A stretch of DNA of 64,000 nucleotides from Yuukianura sp. NJ FZ-2021 (lineage: Eukaryota). Below the pieces are notes generated by a model, which was not told where the DNA came from, searched no databases, and was given only the letters and a program-made list of their open reading frames with translations. Both the position numbers and the translations under genes were made by a program. The stretch covers positions 2,046,001-2,110,000 of the forward strand of contig CM102289.1 in assembly GCA_046563655.1 (NCBI GenBank), written 5' to 3'. Of the stretch, positions 14,215 to 23,330 are shown in pieces. Position 1 is the first letter of the stretch; every line of letters starts with the position of its first letter.

Positions 14215-14430
14215 TACTCGGGCTACTCTCAAGATCCTAAGTTTTCTGTGGTTGGGAAAAAATACAACTCTCACCTCATGTGTTCCACCCTTCCCGCGCT
14301 GGCTGGTATGGGCAGATCAATGAGAATACTCATTGAGGTGCCCAAAGTGGAATTGAGTGGAACCCATGAAGTGAGAGTTGTATTTTTTCCCAACCACAGA
14401 AAACTTAGGATCTTGAGAGTAGCCCGAGTA
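14215..14430. mobile_element. TA-target (Tc1/mariner-type) MITE
   Basis: About 74-bp TIR TACTCGGGCTACTCTCAAGATCC...; TA duplicated. The paralogous empty site GTGAC-TA-ATACTT is visible at ~19017-19029. Confidence 0.9.
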
Positions 14431-14473
14431 TAATACTTAACTCGCTGAAATGGAATTTAGTGTGCTTCTACAC

Positions 14474-15008
14474 TAGGGGTGGGAAAGTTCCGTTTCGTTT
14501 CGTTTCCCGATAGAAACAGAAACGGAACGGAAGAGCCAGTGCGGAAACAGAAACGGAACAGAAATTTTTAGCATGGAACGAAACGAAACAGGAACGGAAC
14601 TGGAACAGAACCGAAACGGAACTGGCACAAGAAATCCCTGCTTTACATAGCAAACCCTTACAAAAGCATCTCAGCCGTCAATTTTGAAAGTTTGCAAATG
14701 TACCAGTTCGCCATTTCAGTCGCTAACAATATGCTAAGCATACGGGAACTATGTTAAAAACTCAATTTTGTCGTTAAAAATGCCGTTTCCGACATTTTTA
14801 CCACCGGAAATCCCGGAACAGGAAGAAAATTCTTCCTTTCTGTTCCAGTTCCATTTCTACCCTTTGGAACAGGAACAGAAGCGGATGGAACAGAAACGAA
14901 ACGAAACGGGACCGGATTTTCTGGTCCAAAAAAGTTATGGAACAGAAACGGAACGGAGCTGGAACAGAGGCTGTTTCGTTTCTTGGAACTGGAACTTTCC
15001 CACCCCTA
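14474..15008. mobile_element. hAT-type non-autonomous element
   Basis: 18-bp TIR TAGGGGTGGGAAAGTTCC / GGAACTTTCCCACCCCTA; perfect 8-bp TSD TTCTACAC; many GGAAC/GAAAC subterminal repeats; empty site present in the paralogous unit (~19057). Confidence 0.92.
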
Positions 15009-15388
15009 TTCTACACCTCACCAGAAAAAACGTAGAGTTTAGATTCTTTCTTAGAGTTCTTTTTCAGTTTGAAAACGTCAACATAACTGCTGAAGTTAAA
15101 ATTCAAATGTTCAACGTAAATTGTGAGTGGAGTGAGACATCAGCTAAAATTTTTAGAATTCAGTGTGATTTACAACAAGAAAGATCAGGTAGAATTTTAG
15201 AATTCAGTGTAATTAGCCAGCTCCCCGATAATCTGGAATTAGAAATTAGTAACCCCCGGAATTTGGGGTTAACCCCAATTTCCCGGCGGAATCAGTTAGA
15301 AATTTTAGTCCGAAATTTGATTGAATTAGTGACTAATACTTAATTCGCTGAAATAGACTTTAGTGCGCTTCTACACCTCACAGGAATA

Positions 15389-15754
15389 TATAAAAACATA
15401 GAGTTTCGGTTCTTTCTAAAAGTCCTTTTTCAGTTCAATCCAACTGTAGCAAAATTCCTACCGAATCCATTCCATTGTTTCTTTGACAAGTAAGTTAGTT
15501 AAACTAGCTTTGCCTGCACATTTTTTATTTTAGAAATCTTTAAATATACAGTGAGGCCCAGTTAAAATCATTTCACTCGTTTTACCTTCATAGTTGCGAA
15601 ATCAAACAAATTACTGATTTTTGGTTGCACTCTTTTAGCTACAATCTTATAATCTTTAGAATATATTATTTTATGATATTTGAGCTAGTTTGTTTTAAAA
15701 CAGATTTGAAACAAAATATTGAATTCTACCTCAAATTATGCAAAATTTTTTTAG
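15389..15754 (+). promoter_or_regulatory. Putative TATA box, non-coding first exon and 5'UTR intron of SleB-like copy 1
   Basis: TATAAAA at 15389, TCAGTT at 15430, donor GTAAGT at 15490, acceptor TTTTAG ending 15754, 4 nt before the ATG. The TATA/donor/acceptor layout is conserved in copies 2 (intron 19178-19312) and 3 (22569-22733). Confidence 0.6.
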
Positions 15755-15758
15755 GAAA

Positions 15759-16157
15759 ATGGCAAATTTAAGCGAGAGAGAAGTTTATGCGAAAACAATT
15801 TACGGCGAAGCTCGTGGAGAACCAGAGGAAGGACAACGTGCTGTAGCATGGGTAATCAAAACTCGCGCCGGAAAGAACCGAGATTACTGGGGAGGCGGTA
15901 CTATCAAAGGTGTTTGTCTTCATCCCGGCCAATTTGAATGTTGGAATGGCAGAGATGACATCGACACGAGCGAAAAAGAAGCTTACGAAAGAGCTCTCAA
16001 AGTAGTCGACCGAGTTTCGCAGGAATCTTCGGACAAAGATCCAACTGCAGGTGCCGATCACTACAACAATCCGGATAAAGAAGGTTATCCTGACTGGACT
16101 AACAACACCACAAAAGGTGTGAAAATTGGTAACCACCAATTTTACCATGGTCCATAG
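15759..16157 (+). CDS. SleB-like cell wall hydrolase (Hydrolase_2 lytic transglycosylase), copy 1, 132 aa
   Basis: AKTIYGEARGE (catalytic Glu motif), GQRAVAWVI, WGG.TIKGVC.HPGQFECWN, DPTAGADHY, IGNHQFY. No signal peptide. Confidence 0.92.
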   Translation: MANLSEREVYAKTIYGEARGEPEEGQRAVAWVIKTRAGKNRDYWGGGTIKGVCLHPGQFECWNGRDDIDTSEKEAYERALKVVDRVSQESSDKDPTAGADHYNNPDKEGYPDWTNNTTKGVKIGNHQFYHGP

Positions 16158-16609
16158 ATTTGTACAGCGGAGCAAATAAAAGTTGCTACTTTGGACGTAA
16201 AAAGTACAACTTTCAAAATCCGAAAACTTTCTGAAAGTAAAAATGTTTGATTCCAATTTTACAAATTCAAATGAGTTATTTCAAACTCCAATGATTTTAT
16301 TTGTTAAAATCTGTCAGAAAAAAAAAGAATAAAGGAATTTGGTAACATAATCCCATTTTTTGTTTTTACACTGTTTGCCATTCATGAGTGTGTGATAAAG
16401 GATTCACTTTCAAATTCGTGATTAATCTTGACAATTTCTTCTACCTACTTATTGAAAAACTGGGTAAAATTCAAAAAGAGTTTGAGAAAACCAACAAAAA
16501 ATGAAATAGCATATAAAAACTCGTTTTGAACGGAATTTTTGATGAAAAACTGGCAACAGTGCAATAATTTTCGCAATATAACTATTTTTGGAAAAGTGCA
16601 TACCTGAAA

Positions 16610-18196
16610 TCAATTTTTAACAGTATAATTTGTGGGAATGGATTGTGGATTATGGAAGAAATTTTTCGGATCGTATATCCGCTTGACTTGAACAAGTCTT
16701 TTCAAATTCCCACCATAGTAGCGTACCAAATAATCAGAAAGTTCTGCATCTTGATAGTTTTGGTACGACTCTCTCTGGTTGAAAATTGTTTTCCCAAGGT
16801 CAAAAATCCTCTCAACCCAAACCTTATTCGCAATTTCCGAAGCGTTCCGAGGTGTAGGCAGATTTATTATCTCTGCAATGGCGTATCTTCCTTTCCTATG
16901 AACATAGGAAGTTGCGTGTACTTTAACATCGTTGATTGCACCACCATAAGGAGCAACGAACAGCACAATTTTTGGAGGTACTTTTTGTAACAACGAGTTT
17001 AGTTCGGAAATTTCAGCGTCAGTTGCAACTTTTTGGAAAAAAAATGATTTTGAGTCTTCAAATAGTTGAATAGATGACATGCGCGTTAGAGTGAGCAAAT
17101 CTTGAGGTCCATAGCCTACGGGCAAGTTGACGACACCCTGAGTTGCAAAAACTAGAAAATCGGGATAGGAGTACCAATTACGTGTTTGCAATTGTGGCGG
17201 CGGGAGAAGTTTTTTGAAAGCGGCCAATCGCAGATCAGTTCCTGTGACATCTAATAAAGTTACTATGATTGTTTCATTAAAAATGAGCATTCTTCCAGAA
17301 AGTGTTCTGGAAGCGTAAATTGTAAAATGTTGCCAAGCTTTGAACACGCTGACAAAACTGGTCAAGGTAAAACTCAAATTTTCGACGTAAATTGTGAGCG
17401 GAGGAGGAACGACTTTGAATACAAATGAAGTGACAATTCCAAACGACGCAGCTCCTCCACCACGCAATGCCCAGAAGAGGTCAGAGTTCATGTGTCTGTT
17501 GGCAGTAAGTATGCGACCATCAGCAGTGACAATGCGCATGCCCTTGATGTAGTCAGTGGTCAATCCATATGCTCGTGAAAGGTAGCTGTACCCACCGCCT
17601 GTCGCTAATCCGGAAATGCCGACAGTTGGACAAGTTCCTACCGGAATCATCACTCTGCCGGAATTCCACAGCGTCATGGCAACTGGGCCAATCTGAAAAT
17701 TTAACCATTTTACAAATTAAAAAAAAAATATTTTTAAGCACGTTATTTTTCTTGAGGCAAAAGGCTAACGTACCAGAGCGCCTGCTCCTACTGTTGCCTT
17801 TGTCCCAAAGGAGTTGAGCGTGACTGATTTCATTAACTGAAGATCAACCACAACGGAGTCCTTGTCACCAAAACTGTATTTTTCATATGAGTGCCCACCA
17901 CAAATTGCAACTATGCGAATTTTGTGCTTTTGGGCACAAATGACAGTCGAAGCAACATCTTCTTCTGTCCGAACCAAAATGAACGCCAGTGGATAGATGG
18001 TGGGACCTCTAAGTTGCCGTTGAAAATTAAGCCTTTTATATTCATTTGAGTTGCTTCGTGGCACAATATCATTTTGATCAATTCCTTTTCCCAAGAGGCA
18101 ATTCTTAAAATCTGGAAATGATTGGGCTCTAATGCCGTTGACCACCAACTTCAAAATTAGAATCACACAAAACGCAAATCTTAATGACACTTCCAT
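16610..18196 (-). CDS. BBE-like FAD-linked oxidase, copy 2
   Basis: Same motifs as copy 1 (GGHSYE, GTCPTVG, YDPKNFF); intron 17693-17773. Confidence 0.92.
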
Positions 18197-19316
18197 GTCA
18201 ATTTTTGTAGAGCTAATAAATGCTATCAATAACGACTGTGCAAAAAATGAGCAAAGCGTGTCGTTGTATTTTTAGTAGCAATTGAGCATTCGTTCTCAAA
18301 TAAGTTAAAGTGAAACAATTTGACAGCTGGAAGAACTCTAGAGTTATTTTCCCAAACCCAAAAATTGCGATTGTAAGCGTTAAACTTACAGTTTGCACTT
18401 AAGCATAAATTATAAACCGGAGCAAGGTTCATTGACTACAGTCAGAGTTAAAACAATGGTTTAAAACTTAAAATGTTTGTGGGTTCGCCAAATCATAAAA
18501 ATCATAAAAACCTTGTAATAAAATTTATACACTTCTTCTTTCATTTGTTAAAAAAGTAATCCAGAATATCGTAGTTTCAGTTTTTTTTATATTTTTCCGA
18601 CAATCGCATCCGAAAGATGCATCCGCATGAGTTGAATTGCGACTTCAATGAAAAAAAAGTTTTAATAGATGTAAACATTTCTTGGAGTTTCAATTTGAAA
18701 AGTTTCTTGGAGTTTCAATTTGAAAAGTTACATGACGCCTACCTACACTTTGCAAAAAAAACAAAAAACAAAACAAACAAACTATGTTATCAATTCGCAC
18801 AATTTTTTTTATAAATCTTACTTATCGTTAGAAAATTGAGCCTCAACAATGTTTGCAAACAACTGATAAAATTGCACACAAAGTGCAATATTACTCACCG
18901 TCTAAAAATAAGTCTACAGATAGTTTCTATTCAATTTAGCCAATTTCTGTTGAACTTAATCAAGAACTATATTTAGCGTTAGTTAGAAAGTTTAGTCCCA
19001 AAATTCTATTGAATTAGTGACTAATACTTAATTCGCTGAAATAGAATTTAGTGCGCTTCTACACCTCACCAGAAAATATAAAAACGTAGAGTTTCGATTC
19101 TTTCTTAGAGTTCTTTTTCAGTTCGATCCAACTAAAGCAAAATTTCAACTGCAACAAAACCATTGTTGCTTTAACAAGTAAGTTAAGCTTTGCACGAACA
19201 TATTTTAGAAATTCTAAAATTCATTAATTTTTTAATAGTATATTATTTTATAATATTTGAGCTAGTTTTGAACATATTTGAAAGAAAGCATTAAATTATG
19301 TCCAATTTTTAGGAAA

Positions 19317-19715
19317 ATGGCAAATTTAAGCGAGAGAGAAGTTTATGCAAAAACAATTTACGCCGAAGCTCGTGGAGAATCTGAAGAAGGTCAACGTGGT
19401 GTAGCATGGGTAATCAAAACTCGCGCCGGAAAGAACCGAGGCTACTGGGGAGGCGGGACTATCAAAGGCGTTTGTCTTCATCCCGGCCAATTTGAATGTT
19501 GGAATGGTAAAAGTGACATCGACACGAGCGAAAAAGCAGCTTACGAAAGAGCTCTCAAAGTGGTGGATCGAGTTTCTAAAGAATCTTCGGACAAAGATCC
19601 AACTGGAGGTGCAGATCACTACAACAATCCTGACAAAGAAGGATATCCTCCATGGACTAACAATTGCAGAAAAGGTGTGAAAATTGGAAACCACCAATTT
19701 TACCATGGTCCATAA
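19317..19715 (+). CDS. SleB-like cell wall hydrolase, copy 2
   Basis: MANLSEREVYAKTIYAEARGE..GQFECWN..DPTGGADHY..IGNHQFYHGP*. Confidence 0.92.
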   Translation: MANLSEREVYAKTIYAEARGESEEGQRGVAWVIKTRAGKNRGYWGGGTIKGVCLHPGQFECWNGKSDIDTSEKAAYERALKVVDRVSKESSDKDPTGGADHYNNPDKEGYPPWTNNCRKGVKIGNHQFYHGP

Positions 19716-20020
19716 ATTAGCACAGCGGAGACAAGAAAAAAGCTGCGTTGGACGTAAACACTACAAGTTTCCAAGTCCGAAAAGTTTCTGAGAGTAAAAA
19801 TGTTTGTTTTTACTCTTACGAATTCAAATGATTTATGAGTCCCATTCTTCTACCAATTTATTGAAAAACTCGGTCAAATTCAAAAAAAATTTGAGAAAAC
19901 CAACAAAAATATACTACTATATGAAAATAATTTCTGAACGGCAGTTTCTATGAAAAACTGGCAACAACCATCCAATAACTTTATCAAACTAACTATTTCT
20001 CGAAAAGTAAATACATGAAC

Positions 20021-21603
20021 TCAAATTTTCACAGTATAATTTGTAGGAATGGATTGTGGATTATGGAAGAAATTTTCTGGATCGTACATCCGCTTGACTT
20101 GAATTAGTCTTTTCAAATTCCCGCCATAGTAACGTACCATATAATCCGAAAGTTCTGCATCGTCGTAATTTTGGTACGTCTCTCTCTGGTTGAAAACTGT
20201 TTTCGCAATGTCAAAAATCCTTTCTACCCAAACCTTATTCGCAATTTCCGAAGCGTTCCGAGGATTAGGCACATTTATCATCTCTGCAATGGCGTATCTT
20301 CCTTTCCTATGAACATAAGCAGTTGAATGTTCTTTAGCATCGTTGGTTGCACCACCGTGAGGAGCAAAGAACAGCACAATTGTCGGAGGTACTTTTTGTA
20401 ACAACGAGTTTAGTTCGAAAATTTCAGCCTCACTTGCAACTTTTTGGACAAAAAATGATTTTGAATCTGCAAACTTTTGATTGGTTGACATGCGTGTTAG
20501 AGCAAGCAAATCTTGAGGTCCGTAGCCTTTTGGCAAGTTCACGACCTCACGAGTTGGAAAAACCAAAAAATCGGGATAGGAGTACCAATCACGCGTTTGA
20601 GATTGTGGCGGCGGGAGACGTTTTTTGAAAGTGACCAATCGTAGATCAGTCCCTGTGACATCTAATAAAGTTATTATGATTGTTCCATTTTGAATCACCA
20701 TGCTTCCAGAAAGTGTTCTGGGAGCGTAAATTGTAAAATGTTGACAAGCTTTGAAAACGCTAACAAAACTGGTCAAGTTAAAACTCAAATTTTCGACGTA
20801 AATTGTGAGCGGAGGAGGAACGACTTTGAATACAAATGAAGTGACAATTCCAAACGACGCAGCTCCTCCACCACGCAATGCCCAGAACAGGTCAGAGTTC
20901 ATGTGTCTGTTGGCAGTAAGTATGCGACCATCGGCAGTGACAATGCGCATGCCCTTGATGTAATCAGTGGTCAACCCATATGCTCGTGACAGGTAGCCGT
21001 ACCCACCGCCTGTCGCTAATCCGGAAATGCCGACAGTTGGACAAGTTCCTACCGGAATCATCACTCTGCCAGAATTCCACAGCGTCATAGCAACTGGACC
21101 AATCTGAAAATTTAACCATTTTACAAATTAAAAAAAATATATTTTTATGCATTTTTTGTCGAGGCAAAATGCTAACGTACCAGAGCGCCTGCTCCGACTG
21201 TTGCTTTTGTCGCAAAGGAGTTGAGCGTGACTGATTTCATTAACTGAAGATCAACCACAACGGAGTTCTTGTCACCAAAACTGTATTTTTCATGTGAGTG
21301 TCCACCACAGATCGCAACTATGCGAATTTTGTGCTCTTGGGCACAAATGACAGTCGAAGCAACATCTTCTTCTGTCCGAGCCAAAATGAACGCCAGTGGA
21401 TAAATGGTTGGAAGTTTAAGTTGTCGCTGGATATTAAGACTTTTGTATTCCTTTGAGTTGCTTCGTGGCACAATATCATTTTGATCAATTCCTTTTCCCA
21501 AGAGGCAATTCTTAAAATCTGGAAATGATTGGGCTCTAATTCCGTTGACCAGCAACTTCAAAATTAGAATCACACAAAACTCAAATCTTAACGACAGTTC
21601 CAT
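20021..21603 (-). CDS. BBE-like FAD-linked oxidase, copy 3
   Basis: GGHSHE, GTCPTVG, YDPENFF; intron 21104-21180. Confidence 0.92.
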
Positions 21604-22737
21604 GTCAATTTTTTGCGGAAGCTGATAAAGGGTAACAAAAACGGATGTGCAAAAAGATGGACAGAGCTTCTTGTTGTATTTTTAAAGAAAATGTTCAACA
21701 AAAGCATGGGGTATGTATGTTATATTTTAAGCAGCTACTCGTCCGCTAATAGTTTAAATTGAAACAATTTGACAGTTGAATTTACTCTAGTTTTCTTTTA
21801 CAAAGCCCAAAAACTAGGTAAAACTGACAGCATTAATCATAAACATTGGCACATAATCATAAAATTTGGCCTGAGGTTGATGACAAGGTTCATTGGTCTT
21901 CATGCACAATTAAATAGAAGGTTTATTATTTTGAAGGGTCATGCGATATAAGGTTAAGACTTTCTACAATTTTTGATTTGGGTTGACAAAGAAGAAAGTT
22001 AGGTCAAAATTTGAAGTCATCGTATGTTCTAAAAGAGCTTAGAGCTTTTCAAATGTTGACTTTAAAAAGAAATTTCTAGATCGCAATAAAAATAAACTTT
22101 CTTGCCGCTTACAAACTTTTTATAGAGTTTTGACTAGACAAGACCATGACGCCGTCCTTCTCTTTACAAAAAAAATACAATGTGTCATGAATTCGTATTT
22201 TATGCTATTCGGTTCGTTTTTGCAGTTTACATAAGAAACATTAAGCCCCACCATTGATTGCAACAACTGATAGACTTTTACATATAATATTTGCAATTTT
22301 ACTTACAGTCGTGAATTCTGTTTAATTTAGCCAATTTCTGTTGAACCTAATCAAAAGCTATATTTAGCTTTAGTTGGAAACCTTGGTCCAAATTCTCTTG
22401 AACTAGTGACTAATACAACTCGGAGAACTTTGATTCAAGATGCTTCTGAACCTCACAGGAAAGTATAAAAACAGAGAGTTTAAATTTAAATTTCTTAGTG
22501 CTTTTCTTTACTTTGATTCTACAGTAACAAAGTTTTAAACCGTGACGAAACCACTGTTGCCTTCACGAGTAAGTTAAGCAAACTGATTTTCATACACGTT
22601 TGTACACGTTTTGCATACTTAAAACATATAAATAGAAAATATTATTTTAAGATACTTGAGCTTGTTGTGTAGCACAAATTTTAAATTAGAAACAAAACAT
22701 TGAATTCTATTTCAATGTATGTAAACTTTTTAGGAAG

Positions 22738-23133
22738 ATGGCTTTAAGCGAGAGAGAAGTTTATGCAAAAACAATTTACGCCGAAGCTCGTGGAGAATCT
22801 GAAGAAGGACAACGTGGTGTAGCATGGGTAACTAAAAATCGCGCTGAAAAAAACCGAAGCTACTGGGGAGGCGGGACTATCAAAGATGTTTGTCTTCATC
22901 CCGGGCAATTTGAATGTTGGAAAAATAAACATGACATCGACACTAGCGAAAAAGCAGCTTACGAGAGAGCTCTCAAAGTGGTGGACCGAGTTTCTAAAGA
23001 ATCTTCGGACAAAGATCCAACTGGAGGTGCAGATCACTACAATAATCCTGATAAAGAAGGATATCCTCCATGGACTAAAAATTGCAAAAAAGGTGTGAAA
23101 ATTGGAAACCACCAATTTTACCATGGTCCATAG
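22738..23133 (+). CDS. SleB-like cell wall hydrolase, copy 3
   Basis: MALSEREVYAKTIYAEARGE..KNRAE..GQFECW..DPTGGADHY..IGNHQFY. Confidence 0.92.
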   Translation: MALSEREVYAKTIYAEARGESEEGQRGVAWVTKNRAEKNRSYWGGGTIKDVCLHPGQFECWKNKHDIDTSEKAAYERALKVVDRVSKESSDKDPTGGADHYNNPDKEGYPPWTKNCKKGVKIGNHQFYHGP

Positions 23134-23330
23134 ATTAGCACAGCGGAGCCAAGAAAAAACTTGCTTTGGACGTAAACATTAGAAGTTTTCAAGTCCGAAT
23201 TTCTGACTAAAAATGTTTGAGTTCGTTGTTACAAATTTAATAGATTTATTTCAAATTCGAAAGATTCAGTTGCTCAAATTTTGTTTTTTTAAGTAAAGGG
23301 CGAAATTAAAATGGCTTTGGTTACGCAGTG

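Noticed and set aside
14768..15343. 191-aa ORF upstream of SleB copy 1
   Set aside because: It runs through hAT MITE repeats and the duplicated promoter, and is absent from the paralogous units.
15768..16256. Antisense ORFs over the SleB copies (also 19326-19706 and 22744-23124)
   Set aside because: Shadow frames of the real genes with no recognisable motifs.
11719..23133. Bacterial or phage contamination, or a prokaryotic operon
   Set aside because: The oxidases have GT-AG introns, the SleB genes have conserved splice signals and TATA boxes, eukaryotic MITEs sit in the spacer, and the duplication junction contains host protease sequence.
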